A DNA stretch of 64,000 nt from Octopus vulgaris. Lineage: Eukaryota. The stretch's first letter is position 1; the number at the start of each line of letters is the position of its first letter. The stretch is from contig OX597822.1 of NCBI GenBank assembly GCA_951406725.2, positions 14,756,001 to 14,820,000 of the forward strand, written 5' to 3'. The notes under the pieces are model-generated. The model saw nothing but the letters and a program-made list of their open reading frames with translations. It searched no databases and was not told where the DNA came from. The translations under genes and the position numbers were made by a program. Shown here one piece after another: positions 14,413 through 27,217 of this stretch.

Positions 14413-14730
14413 TCTTAACTGATTGGAAGTATTATTGATCTTAACTGATTGGAGGTGTTATCATGTACATTGTTTTGTCTTGGTATAAAAGATGGGTTAC
14501 AGTAAATATTCTGCTCAATACCACAGATTGGCTTGTCAGTTCTTTGACCTTAACCAGTTGAGCATGTCTCTTAGTGGCTGACGATATGTGCATCTCTGAT
14601 CACGTGCAGAAGTAGTGGGGGAGCATCATAGCCATGCATCTAGAGGGATTCTTTGGGGTTTTAATAGTTCACCTCTGGAAGTATGGGTATTTTGTTCATC
14701 ATCCTTAAACTACCTTTATTAGACGGGTAG
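14413..14730 (+). mobile_element. Family F repeat, partial copy
   Basis: Homology to 10894-11404; directly follows the AAT tract at 14158-14412. Confidence 0.65.
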
Positions 14731-14739
14731 CATGGGTTG

Positions 14740-15405
14740 GACGATTTGACTGAGGGCTGGCGAACCAGATGGCTTCAATCTTGATCTGGCAGAGTTTCTA
14801 CAGCTGGATGTCCTTCCTAACGCCAACCACTCTGAGAGTGTAGTGGGTGCTTTTACGTGCCAGTCAGACGGTACTGGCAACAACCTCGCTCGAATCTTTT
14901 ACATATGCCACCGGCACAGATGCCAGTAAGGCGATGCTGGTAACGATCACGCTCGAATGGTGTCTTTTACGTGCCACCGGCACTGAGGCCAGATAGTCGT
15001 TCTGGCAACGATCACGCTCGGATGGTGTTCTTAACACCCTACTAGTACGGGGCTCAAGTGCCAGTTAGGCGACGCTGGTAACGATCACACTTGAATGGTG
15101 CCTTTTATGTGCTACTGGCACGGATGTCGGTCAGCCGTTCTGTCAACGATCACACATGTATGGTGCTCTTTGCACCCCGCTAGCACGGACGCCAGTTTTG
15201 ATTTGATTTGATTTCACTTGCCTCAACAGGTCTTTGCAAGCAGAGTTTTAGTGTCCTAAGAAGGAAATGGTACGCATAAGTGGGCTGGTTACGCCCCTGG
15301 CATAGGCCAAATGATTATGGCCTCATTTGGCTTGCCGGGTCTTCTCACGCACAGCATATTTCTAAAATCTCGGTCACTAGTCATTTCCTTGGTGAGGCCT
15401 TCCTT
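14740..15405 (-). mobile_element. RTE-derived non-autonomous element with an internal ~65-73 bp minisatellite
   Basis: ggttggcgttaggaaggacatccagctgtagaaac on the minus strand (RTE-type non-coding motif). aacgatcac recurs at ~14942, 15007, 15080, 15145. RTE-like C-terminal remnant LTKEMTSDRD. Confidence 0.55.
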
Positions 15406-15409
15406 TACG

Positions 15410-15610
15410 AAGAATAGTAGCAGTCCATAAAGAACAGATAAATACCGTCAAATTCCACTCAGTAGCCACATAGACTCTTGCGCTAGAGATAAAAATCCCA
15501 ATTTCCATATATTCCCTTTCTACCAATGTAAAGACAGAATCTCTACACAAGAGAGATTCAACAAGGAGAATTTTTTTATTAAAAATTTCCAAACGCGTCT
15601 TAATATGCAA
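15410..15610 (+). mobile_element. Penelope-like GIY-YIG endonuclease C-terminal fragment
   Basis: Broken frame LRRIVAVHKEQI...PFYQC...ERFNKENFFIKNFQTRLN. Confidence 0.6.
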
Positions 15611-15974
15611 ACTCCACGGTGACCATACTCTGTCTATGTCTTTGTCTCTGTCTGTCTGTCTGTCTGTCTCTCTCTTTCTTTGTGAATGTTTGGTAGGTAG
15701 GTAGCAGCAAATTTGAAGAAATCGTTTTATGAGTTGATAGTTTAAGCAGAAGCAGACGAGGGAGAAGAAGAAGAATAACAACAAAAACAAGGAGGGGAGG
15801 AGAAGAGGGAGGCGGAGGAGGAAGAGGAAAAGAAGAAAGCGAAGAAGAAGATAAAGAAAGAAGAGAAATAGGAGTATGGAAAGAAGAGGAAGAAGGAGAA
15901 AGAGAAGGAAAAGCCAGGAGTTATGTGACAGTAAAGTGTTTGTGGGATCTTTGTCAAATGACCTAAAAGTGACC

Positions 15975-17020
15975 TGCAACGGTCGTAGCAGTAGTGGTTG
16001 GAATTGTTTAGGGACTGTGCCTGGATATGTATGATAGGGATTTCGGTTGTAAATCTTTCTTTACTTTGGGGTGTCTGAGTTCGTGGATGTTGAATTGTAG
16101 GGCAGGTTTGAAAGCCTATATCAATTAGTGATGGTAGGTAGTTGCTACTGATGAGTGTATCCTTTAGCTCATGTAGTTGTGTGCCCCTGGTGCTTGTATC
16201 AGATATCATAGTACAAATCCTTTTTGCCAAATTGTAAGGGATATTCATTCTAGTGTGGCTGGGGTGACATGAGTTGAACGGCAGATATTGCTTGGAGTCC
16301 GTGGGCTTATAATATATGTCTATTTCTATTTTGCTGTTCGATTTCTTAATGAGGATGTCGAGTAATGGAGGTTGATATTAAGTCCATTTAGAAGTGCTTG
16401 GAATTCTTTAAGGCCCTCTATACTTTCGTGCCAAAGAATGAAAGTCATCTAGATATAATTTCCAGTTATTTTCTATGTACTGGTAGAATGGGTTTCCGTA
16501 TTTTTCTAGTACTTTACGATAAAGATTGATTTCTAGGTACTCTATGATTAGGTTAGCAAAGGAGGGGTGGGGTCATTCGTGTACCCATCACAGTCTCAGA
16601 ATTTGTCGATAGAAGTTGTCATTAAATACAAATACAAAGAAGCTATTCTCCACGATGAATTTTATCCCTTCTATTACGAATCCTCTTTGATGCTGTGTGA
16701 GAGTTCTTTGGAGCTTTTGATATCTTTACGGCTATCTCTTCAATAGGGGCTATTATGTCCAAGTATGGAATGCGCTTGATGATTGTCGCAGGTGCTTTCA
16801 CAGGTGGGTGATGGACTTCAGTCTTCATTCTCTGACCTTTGAGTTTCATAAACTTCTTAATGTGGCATGTCTTCACTATTTCCAATTCTTTCATGTACGA
16901 CTTTTCTAGATCTTGTTGGATTCTCTTTCTATCATCTCCGTTTATTTTTCTAAGTAATGAAGATAACCTCTCTTTGATTTCGTTATTTAGTTGATGTTTT
17001 TCCAACGGTTGTAATGGATC
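15975..17020 (-). mobile_element. Penelope-like reverse transcriptase fragment plus N-terminal ORF remnant
   Basis: Minus strand gives YIENNWKLYLDD, IYYKPTDSKQYL, HPSHTRMNIPYNLAKRIC, and upstream IPYLDIIAPIEE. Confidence 0.75.
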
Positions 17021-17029
17021 CTCTCACGG

Positions 17030-17108
17030 ACAGGTGTCTTGGGGAAATTTCGAACCTGGGTTCTCATTCCTGAGGTATTCTTCGATGTTGTTGTTGTTGC
17101 TATTATTA

Positions 17109-17207
<99 letters not shown>

Positions 17208-17287
17208 CCACTACTTGGAATCGAACTCGGAATCTTGGTGTTAATAGCCCGCGCTCTTAACCTCGACGCCATATGCCCACGGGCATA
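17030..17287 (-). mobile_element. tRNA-derived SINE with internal (AAT)n tract
   Basis: Minus strand tgcccgtgggcatatggcgtcgaggttaagagcgcgggc...gagttcgattcc (A/B boxes). Second copy at 58409-58520. Confidence 0.7.
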
Positions 17288-17803
17288 TATTACAAATACC
17301 CAACTTCTTAACCTAACAAGCATATACGAACATATGTATATGTTTCTAACTGTCTCTCTCTCTCTCTGTTGTGTTCTTTTCATTTCTGGGAATTAAAGAT
17401 TTCTCAGAAACGTATCAGGTATCTTGAAAGCTAAATACAACCCGACCCAAAGCTGTGTGTTCGTGCATATTATAAATACACTGAGAGGGTGAAAGTATTT
17501 GCCTAACTGAACAGCTTCAAATAAGGATATTACGCAGTTAGTTTCAGATGCATTATTTATGTATAAAAAATGGCGTAATATTACCTAATTTACATCAACA
17601 GGTTCTACTGATATTGTGTTATCAATTTCTTGGGCAGGAACATAATTAGGTGTTTGTGTAAACAAACACAAACGCACGCACGCAAACACATACATATGTA
17701 TATATAGGCTTATACATATGTATGTATATATGTATGTATAAATATATTTGTGCACGCACACACACACAAACACACACATATATGTATATATATATGCTTA
17801 TAC

Positions 17804-17860
<57 letters not shown>

Positions 17861-18752
17861 TATATAAATATATTTGTGCATGTGTATAGATGCATGCGTA
17901 CATTTATGCTGATATACATAGATATATTCACAGACACACAGATATACTCAAGCACGAATGTTTTTATAGATATTGCTGTCACGTTTAGTCTTATTGAAGT
18001 ATTGAAAGAAATTTCAAATCGGAGATATTTGCGGTTGAAGTAAAGACAAACATCAACAGAACTGGAAGATTACGAGAATTGAAGAATTGAAGAATTGAAG
18101 AATGGATGTCGCAGAAAACACACGGTTTGTTTGTATTTTACCTTTTATAATAGAAATTGTCGGGGTTGCTGCTGCTGCTGCTGTTGGTGTTGGTGTTATT
18201 GTTATTAAGCAACAAAACAGGTAAGGGTGATTAGGTGATGGTCTCGGGCTTAGGAGCTGGAGATCCCAGACTTTGGAAAAACAAATCTTTGGTCGTCTTT
18301 TTGTAGTCGAGGAATCTTCGTTGACGCCCGACAGCACTGGGAGGTGGCCCTTGAAGTGGCTAGAAATGGAGATCTCCAGGTCCAAATTCTTGAACTGCTG
18401 CTGCTGCTGCTGTTGGTGTTCTGATGTTGTTGTTGTTGTCATAGTGTTTGTTTTCTTATTGTCGTTGTTGTTGTTGTTGTAGATATACAAGGGACTATTC
18501 GGTCCTAATCGCTCTTTACAAAATGGTGTAAAGTTATGTAAACAGATATAGCTGCTGTGTCTAGCAGAAAGGGCAACCGCATACTGACACCCGAATTGAC
18601 TCACTATCGCTGTTGTTGCTAGTGTTCTGCTACTAGTACTGCTACAACTAATACTACCACCACCACCTGGAATACAGTCATAACTCAGCCAGTATGTGAC
18701 TCACCTCTCTTAAACAACAGGGTATACGCATGCGTGAATTCGTGTGCGAATG

Positions 18753-18784
<32 letters not shown>

Positions 18785-18820
18785 TGTATGTATGTATGTA
18801 TGTATGTATGTATGTATGTA

Positions 18821-19518
18821 TGGCAAAGTAATTTATTTTACTAAGCCCTAATTATATAATGTAATATTTTGAATTCGCCTTAAATGGTCCTTTTACATAC
18901 TGAATACTTGGTGAAATTGATTAATAACTAATTAATTTTACCCTCAATTGTTGATATTATAATTCATTTCTCTCTGTCATATTGCCTCGGTTCTCACCGT
19001 TAAAATATAATGTTTGCTAGATAACCCACGTGGGTGGAAGGGGAGAGCAGGAATCTTCGCTTGCGCATTTTGAATTTGTTAGCACTGGCAGTCTGAACGG
19101 GTTCATCTGAGGTGATAAGTCGCCGAAGGGTATGTTCTTTCTTTTCAGTGTTTCCAAATCCAAATTAAGAAATGTTGAGCTGACGAAAGAAATGCTGAGT
19201 TTATTTGGCTAATCTAGAAACGTTAACGTTCTCAAATGATCTTTGTACTTGTGATATTTTTCTGTTTTTACCTCCATACCTTCGTGAGTTATTTTGAGTA
19301 AACATTATCTGAGAGAAATTTTCTTTAAGTAGTAGAAATGGCTAAAAAGCTTTTTTTGGCTGCTATTTCTAGTAAGTTCAGTATGTGGCAAAGTAATTTA
19401 TTTTACTAAGCCCTAATTATATAATGTAATATTTTGAATTCGCCTTAAATGGTCCTTTTACATACTGAATACTTGGTGAAATTGATTAATAACTAATTAA
19501 TTTTACCCTCAATTGTTG

Positions 19519-19522
<4 letters not shown>
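18821..19522. repeat. Exact 137-bp direct repeat (18821-18957 and 19386-19522)
   Basis: Identical copies, tggcaaagtaattt...caattgttgatat. Confidence 0.9.
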
Positions 19523-19567
<45 letters not shown>

Positions 19568-19569
19568 TC

Positions 19570-20660
19570 ATAATAACAATAAAAGACGAAGACAGGTGGT
19601 GTAGACAACAAACAGATGTATTAGTATAACGCTCGGGAAGTGAAAAAGTCTTTAACGTTTCGAGCCTACGCTCTTCCACTGAAAGGAACACAGAAAGAAA
19701 CAAGGAGAGAAAATAAAAAAGGTGTAGTGGTTAGCGATCTGTCATGGCGAATGCCGGACAGAAGGGTCATACAGGAGAGCTAGGGAGAAGGGGTGATAAT
19801 AAATTAGTGGTGACCCCAAAACGAAGGTGCGTGTGCGTGTGTATAAGAGAGTTTGTATGTGCGTGTGGAAGAGGGCTGGTGATCTTGACGTGTGCGTGTG
19901 TGCATGTATGAAAATGTGGGTCTGGGAAGTGGTCAGTGCTGGTGTGTGTGGTGGTATGTTATGATGTGATGTGTTGTGTGGTGTGGTGTGATGGTGTTAG
20001 GTGGTGGGGAGGCGAGAGTGGGGAAGGCATGGTGGGGTGTGGGTTAGGCTGAGGGTGGGGTAGAGGTGGGGTATCTGGGTAGGCGGAGGGTGGAAGTAGA
20101 GGTGGAGTATGTGGGTAGGCGGAGGGTGGGAATAGAGGTGGGGTATGTGGGAGTGGGTGTAAGGTATGGAGAGGGATGCGGAAGGATAGGGTGGTGGGGG
20201 AATGTGTAAGGGTGGGGTGGGCTTACGAGGGGGAGTGATGATGAAGGGGGAGGAGAAGGTGGGTAGGAGTGAAGAGAAGAGAGAAGAGTAGGAGTGAAGA
20301 GAAGTAGTAGTCGGAGCAAGAGAGGAGAGGTGGGTAGGAGGAAGTAGATGTGAGGGGGAGAGAGGTGAGGGGAGGAGGTTCGATGAAGAGGGGAGGAGAG
20401 TTGAGCCCATGTGGCGCAAAGGAGCGAAGAGAGAAGATTAATCCCAGTTTACGGCGCAAACAGGAGTCCGGATGGCCCCTGTGCAAGGACAATTTGAACA
20501 CGGACAGTTGTTGCAAAGAGTGACCAGTAGAGCGGAACTGTCGCGAGACCGGGAGCAGGGGAACGAGCCGGTTTGGGAGGTTGGGTTAGGAAAGAAGCTG
20601 TGGACCAAGAGGTCTCGTAGGTTGTGGGCTCATTTGAAGGAGAGGAGGGGTCGGAATTGT
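19570..20660 (-). mobile_element. Penelope-like element 3' part
   Basis: PVSRQFRSTGHSLQQLSV...LIFSLRSFAPHGLN (GIY-YIG C-terminus), then a pyrimidine-rich UTR and a degenerate hammerhead-like motif (gagcgtaggctc-GAAACGTTA) at ~19645-19690. Confidence 0.75.
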
Positions 20661-21582
20661 GTATGTGTGCGTATGTATGTAAATGTATGTGTGTGTATAT
20701 ATATCTGTATGCATGCTTGCATATGTATGTGTATGTATGTATGTATGTGTGTGTATGTGTATATATATGCATGCATGCATACTGGTTTAAATGTAGGCCT
20801 ATATAATAGTGGATACACACACATATATGTACATGTATGTGCTCGTAAGTATATCGATATACACTTTTCTCTTTCTCTCTCTCTGACTCCTCAATTAGCA
20901 CTCTCACATTAGCCAGTAGAATAAATAAAAACTTGACCATTCTTAGTATTCTTCCCTTCCGTTTTGAGGTTTACTACTCACTTTAGAAACCATATGCCTT
21001 TTTCTGTACCCATCCCTTAACATATCAACCCACCTCACACATATTCATTATTTACATTCTTCTCTCTTTCTACACATATCCCATCTCCCTCATAATATCT
21101 TGACCACCAGCTAACATTTCTTTTTCACTTTCTTTCACTCTTTTTTTATCGTCTTGTTTTCATTTTCTCTTCCTCTTTCTTTCCTTTATTCTTTTCTCAC
21201 ATGTTCCTTTGTCCACTCTCCTCATTTTAACGGAATTCTTCTCTCCTCTCTATCCACTTCATATTACCACTACATACTCAAATTTCCATTCATGCCATAA
21301 GACCCCTTTGAATGAACAGTACATGAAATCTACGTCTCCAAACTTTCCATTTGTAATGACAAAATATGAACTCCTGTTGGAATTTATATACCATGGACAA
21401 GAATCATTTCCACCACTTTCCTTGGATAACGGAACTGCAACTATGACATCCTAAATATATTTTTATTTTAACTTCTACATCCATTCTCTTATTTTCCTAC
21501 ATACTCCTTATTTCCTTCCTTTTCCAAAATAACTCCTCATATTGAACTCTAATATCTCCCTCTACTTAACCATCTCACATCT

Positions 21583-21630
21583 ACTCTGATGAAGGGATAT
21601 CCTTAATATCCCAGAAACAGCTGTAAGACT
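21583..21630 (+). ncRNA. Minimal type-I hammerhead ribozyme motif in a probable Penelope-like terminal repeat
   Basis: CTGATGA-a, helix II gggatat/atatccc, GAAA, C-AGCT-G palindromic helix III, GTA triplet. Helix I is weak. Confidence 0.65.
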
Positions 21631-21879
21631 AAATTTCTCTTTATAAATGTCCTGAAAATCCCACACAGCCTTGGCTTTGTTGTTTCATTTTATTCGAGTT
21701 AAAACATATTTATGGATTTTTAAGGATATATGCATACTCATGCAAGACCCGCATTAGGTTCCTCACTCGTATCATTATCGAACCGAGAGTTTAACTGCGG
21801 TGTTCCTATAGCACTTACACAGCGTTACCTGCCACACACACACACAGAGACACACACAAACACATACACAAACCGAGGT

Positions 21880-21916
<37 letters not shown>

Positions 21917-22558
21917 ATTTCCGAGTGTTCCACCTTCACCCATTTTCCGTGGAAAGTGTAGTATTATATGCTTTGAAATATGTAGTCTGAAAATGAAAAT
22001 AGTTTCCTCCACCCCTACCGTTTTGAACAAGTTAGTAAGACACGAGAAACGTACTGCAAACATTCCCAAAATATACAGATGAAGCCCATGCTTAGTGCGC
22101 AGTTTTGAGACCCCCTTAATATAAGAGGTGCCACATTTGATTAGCTCATTTCAGTAAGTGTGTTTTTTTCCGCAAACCCTTTGAAGCATTGGCAACACCT
22201 CACCTTCAGTTCCACACCGATCCTTCATGCATGAGGTCTGGTGTCACACTACTGCTTAACTAGTATATTCAAAATATATCGACATAACTCTTTCAAATTC
22301 TACCAAAAGTTTTGTAGTTATCCGATTATTTTCTGTTTCCATGAGTTTTATAGAAACGTTCAAAATGCAACCACGTGTGGAGCGTTGGCGATTTCCCCCT
22401 TCGTCTTCCTTTTCTCTTGTAGTTTTCTCCGTTTTCTGCTTTGCTGGAAACGTAAAGCTAATTTTCTTTCTTTCCTTGAGTGTCTGCTAATACTTTGCAT
22501 GTACCACATCCTCGCGTTGTGTTTTTCTTGTGTTTTCCCCTTTTTAGGGGTGGATTAA

Positions 22559-22608
<50 letters not shown>

Positions 22609-23478
22609 ATGTATAAATAAATTACAATATGCAAAGCCAAATCAGAAAGATAAAAATGCTATTTTTTGGAGATCGGTGATATCTACGAACGCATTAGTCA
22701 AATTGAAGCATTTCTGAAAATTCCTTCAACTACTTTACTCAATTTATGAAAATCAGAAAAATGACCACTCCCCAATCTGAATACTTCGCTTGAACTTTAT
22801 TTCATTGACCTCGACAGGATCGATAGAAAAGATGCCCTTAGCATGATTTGAACGCAGAACGCAAAGCCATGTGATATACTGATGGACATTATTCTTCGAC
22901 GTTCTAACGATTCTGCTGTTTTTATCGTATACAAGTTTTTGACCGAGATGAAAGGCAAACTTGACCACTGCTACATTTGAACTCACTACGTGAAGAACCG
23001 GAAGAAATATCACAAAGTATGTCTTCAGACACTCTAATGACTTTGCAAGCCCTCCACCTCCATTCTTTCTACTTTAGACACAACACTTTAGGAGTTTACA
23101 TTTATAATACAAGTGAAGTCCGATATCATGTCATACAATAAACAAATAAACGAGGCGGGTGAGAATCTGTTTCGTGTGTAGAGATGTTACATAAAGTCTA
23201 CCTAAAGACATTGTCTAGGATTATAAAAGCCGTTGTGATTGGCATTAATTTGAAGATAGTAATATGATACCGAACCAGACAAAATCTCGTTCATAGTCAG
23301 AAATGACTGTAAATACTTAGGTGATAAGATAATGGTAAATTTCATGAATAAAATATTCGAGATATTAATAGTTTGAAAGCTGTTTTTGTAGGCGCACTAA
23401 ATATAATTATGCAAAAGCAATACTTATATCTAATTAATATGTTTTGCTTTTCACATCTCGATTAATTACAAGGCAAAG

Positions 23479-23540
23479 ATGACCTCGCTGGCATGTGTAT
23501 ATCAGAGCTCAAGTATAAAATGTGAAATTAGTCCTACGAG
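23479..23540 (+). CDS. Candidate first coding exon of SLC16-like copy 2 (MTSLACVYQSSSIKCEISPT)
   Basis: AG at 23471-72, ATG at 23479, donor AG|gtgggg at 23540/41. Phase 2 matches the acceptor at 25259/60. The donor is weak and there is no homology support. Confidence 0.45.
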
Positions 23541-24399
23541 GTGGGGTGGTTGTTGCAGTGAGTGCCGCTGGCCATACTCCGGGCCAATCATGCCTACAAG
23601 GTGTGGCTGAACACACCATTTCGTTCAAGGTGCACAAACTGTTACTATCTCCACCTCCATCCTTTGCTCTTAATTCACCCCACGATTTTTGGGTTTGATT
23701 CTTGATAATTTGATATTTTATAATTTTAATGTTTTTTTTTTTCCTTCCTGCCAAAATATGTTTGTATTTCAATTAATTATCTCCAAAATCATCAATCTAT
23801 ACTGTTTAAATAAACTCAATAACCAACCGATTGCCTAACAATAAAGAAAAGAAATTCAACCAGGATAGATTTGAAACACGGACTGAGCTAATGTTAGAAA
23901 ACAGGGGTAAAGTTGAGCTCAGTAGGTTTTGAACTCTGGGCACAAAGAGGCGAACGAAAAATTAGTGTCTTGTTTAAGTTCGACCACAGCAATCTTAAGG
24001 GGTGAGGGTGGGGGTTAGTCGATTATATCGACTCCAGTACTTGATTGGTACACTTATTTATTGATCGAGTTCATCTGAGCTGGATTTGAACACAGAATTT
24101 ATAGAACCAGAAGATATACCGAAAGCAATTATTTCCACACCCTGACGATTCTACAAGCTCAATATAGGCGCAGGTGTGGCTGTGGGATAAGCCATTTGTT
24201 TCCCGACCAAATTGCTCTGGGTTCAGTCCCACTGCTTGACACCTTGGGCAAGTGTAAATTAATACAGCCTCAGGTCGACCAAAGTCTTGTGAATGAATGT
24301 GGTAAATGGAAACCGAAAGAAGCCCACAGCATATATGTGTGTGTATGTGCGCGCGTATATATGTATATGTGTGTATATACATACGTATATGTTTATGTC

Positions 24400-24945
24400 A
24401 GGTCACTTTCGAGTGCTACTGGTAACATGTAACCCAGTACAACCTGCTGCATAGTCGGGTCGTCGGCAACTAAACCGGCAACCCCACCATGCTTGCTTGG
24501 TGAGGAGGGTGTTTATTGGACACCCTGCGGGATGAACAACAAAACCCGTCAAAGGGCTGAGGAACTCTTGAGAGTCAACGGCCATCCAATAAACGTCTTA
24601 AGGATGTATCATGCGCAGGGACATAGAAATAATCAGACTGAATACCCCATCGCACGGTTAAACCATTGGGAGTGAAGGACTCCTAGCCTTTGTTAGGGCA
24701 TCCTTCTAGGAGAAAGTAACTCAGGTAACTGGGATAACTCCGACATAAAACCTGCGGCTCAGTGATTACCGATGATGTTAACTTGTTCTTATTTTCGGAT
24801 TATGGCCGCTGTTGCTTAGTGAGTGGGATTGAGTCAGTGCACAGCCTTTCCTCACTTAAAAAAAAATCTTCTTGCACAGGCATTGCACGATAACAACATT
24901 GATTAAGCTTCGTGTAATGACCATACTTGATAACGAGGGGGCAGC
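24400..24945 (+). mobile_element. GC-richer interspersed element resembling an RTE 5' UTR-derived non-autonomous repeat
   Basis: Motif ggcatccttctaggagaaagtaactc...taaaacct typical of RTE 5' regions; no ORF. Confidence 0.4.
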
Positions 24946-25259
24946 CACCATATGTTGTGTGTGTGTGTTTGCCTGTCATTGCAGCCCTTTTTCCAGCACC
25001 AACGCTTCACAACAAGTGTTAATGTATTTATGTGCCCCTAAACAAGTGGTTCAGCAAAAGTGACCGATAGAAAAAGTAACAAGCTTAACTCGTTGGAGTT
25101 AACTTCTTCAAGGCGGTGCCCCAGGATGGCCGCAGTCTAATACCCTACATAACTAAATGCTTCTTACTCTGACCCCTCCTCTCATCCCGCTACTCTATAC
25201 TGTATCTCTGACAGTTTCCATATTATACTAAATAAAAATTTGATTCTTTCTCTTTCCAG

Positions 25260-25459
25260 CAGAACCAAGAAACGATCCGTGCAAGAGGCCATCGTCGCTG
25301 CTTTGGTAGTATTTTCCGTTTTTGTTACTAACATATTAGTATTTGGTTTCATCGCTGTTCTACCAATTTACCTCGTAGAATTCAAGAAGGTTTTTCCGGA
25401 CTTACACAATCTCGTGCTTTTGATAGTATTTTTACCTCCAAGTGTATTTGGTCTTGTTA
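25260..25459 (+). CDS. SLC16-like copy 2, exon encoding TM1-TM2
   Basis: Acceptor tctttccag|cag, donor A|gtaagt at 25459/60. Hydrophobic IVAALVVFSVFVTNILVFGFIAVLPIYLVEF (MCT TM1-like). Phase 1 end joins 27074. Confidence 0.85.
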
Positions 25460-26272
25460 GTAAGTACCTATTGTCGGTATGTACCCGCTTTGATCATTAA
25501 TAGCAGTCATAGCCCATCTGTTCTTCCAGTTTGTTTAATATTCAAAACAAGTATAATTATATGAATTCCTTACAATTTTGAATAATTAGTTTAGAGAGTA
25601 ACTGACAAACATCAAATAGATTGAGAACATTGATTCATTCAAAACTGTTACATCGAGACAACTTGGAGGACAGCAAATATGGAAAAGATAATCTAGCAAT
25701 CTAGGCACAGGAGTGTCTATGTGGTAAGAAGCTCGCATCGCACCCACATGGTTCCAGGTTCTATCGTACTGCACGGCACTGCTTTGGTAAATTGACTTCT
25801 AAAATAGCCCCGGGCCAACAAATGCATTCTGCATGGATTTGTTTGACGGAAACTGAAATAACAACACCGCATACATACAAACATACATACATATACATAC
25901 ATACATACATACATACATACATGCATACATGCATACATGCATACAGACAGACATGCATACATACACACACATACATACATATATACTTGCATATACCCAC
26001 ATACATACATATTCACATGCATAAAAACATACATACAAACATACGTATACACATACATACTCACATGCATAATACATACATACACTCATACATAAATTCA
26101 TACATGCATACATACACACACATACATATACACATACATACATATTCACATACATACACACATATATACACGCATAAACATGCAGACATACATACATACA
26201 TACATACATACACATGCAGACATACATACATGCATTCATTCATACATTCACACATGCATACATATATACACA

Positions 26273-26965
26273 CGAGAGGTGTCCTTAAAAGATTTTCCCT
26301 GACCCACTTCCGGTTACTGCAGTAAATGCAACCTGTACAAGTATAATGGTAGATGTCTCTACTTGTCACATTGTAAATTGAAGCTTACGGCTGCTGAAGT
26401 GGACTCGGGTGTTACAATGGATGCCGTTGAATGCAGGGCAGGGATTAGGTTCTTATACATGAAATGTCGTACACCAAGAAATACCTTATGGTTACAATGC
26501 ACCATCGTACGATGTGGTCAAACACTGGCACCACCAGTTCAAATATAGTTAGACATCGGTGTGAAACTGTTCCTATTCCTGGATGACCACATTCCGTCAT
26601 CATCCATAAAATGAAAGCCGCCATTCTGGAACATTGCCGCATATCTTTTCGGTAACTAACACAAGAAGTGAAGATAAGCGTATAGTCTGTGGAAAAAACA
26701 AATCATTCACATTTGCACATGCGAAAGTCGTCTACACGGTGGATTCCTCGGATACTCACCCCTTTTCAGAAGCAGGAACGAGTCAATTGCTCCCAGGCAC
26801 TTTTGGCAGTGTGCCAAGAAAACGAGGAGTCTGCATCAGCAGACTTATCACAGAGGATAAATCGGGTCCATCACTATGGTCTTCAGACTAAAGTCCAGCC
26901 GAAGCAATGGAAGCATGATAATTCACCACCTCTAAGGAAGGCTCGTGTCCAACCTTCTGCAAGGT
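26273..26965 (+). mobile_element. 3'-truncated mariner relic in an intron of copy 2
   Basis: STRWIPRILT, LITEDK, VHHY, QWKH..SPP..KA transposase motifs in broken frames. Confidence 0.8.
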
Positions 26966-27073
26966 TGTTAATTAATTATTGATAATTAAAATATCATTAA
27001 CAATATTTTAACCCATAAATAACTGAATCCCAATTAATCATTAAACAACTATTCTCTTCCTTTTGGCTCTTAG

Positions 27074-27217
27074 GTTTCATGACTGGAATATTTCTCACTA
27101 AATTTGGCGTAAGAACCATTGGCATCGTGGGAAGCCTTTGTTTTGCCCTTTCTATTGGCACGCCATTGTTCTCTTCGAGTATCTATGTTTTATTGGGATT
27201 TTTCAGCATTTTATCAG
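27074..27217 (+). CDS. SLC16-like copy 2, 144-nt exon
   Basis: AG at 27072-73, GT at 27218. Encodes FMTGIFLTKFGVRTIGIVGSLCF...; paralog of 603-746. Confidence 0.9.

Noticed and set aside
14850-15200. CRISPR-like regular recurrence of aacgatcac
   Set aside because: Intervening sequences are homologous to each other, the context is eukaryotic and there are no cas genes; it is a minisatellite.
18053-18604. 183-aa ORF with poly-Q/N/T
   Set aside because: Held open by trinucleotide repeats; no recognisable domain or paired splice sites.
19338-19371. ATG...A|gtaagt as first coding exon of copy 2
   Set aside because: Phase 1 end is incompatible with the phase-2 acceptor at 25260/25263.
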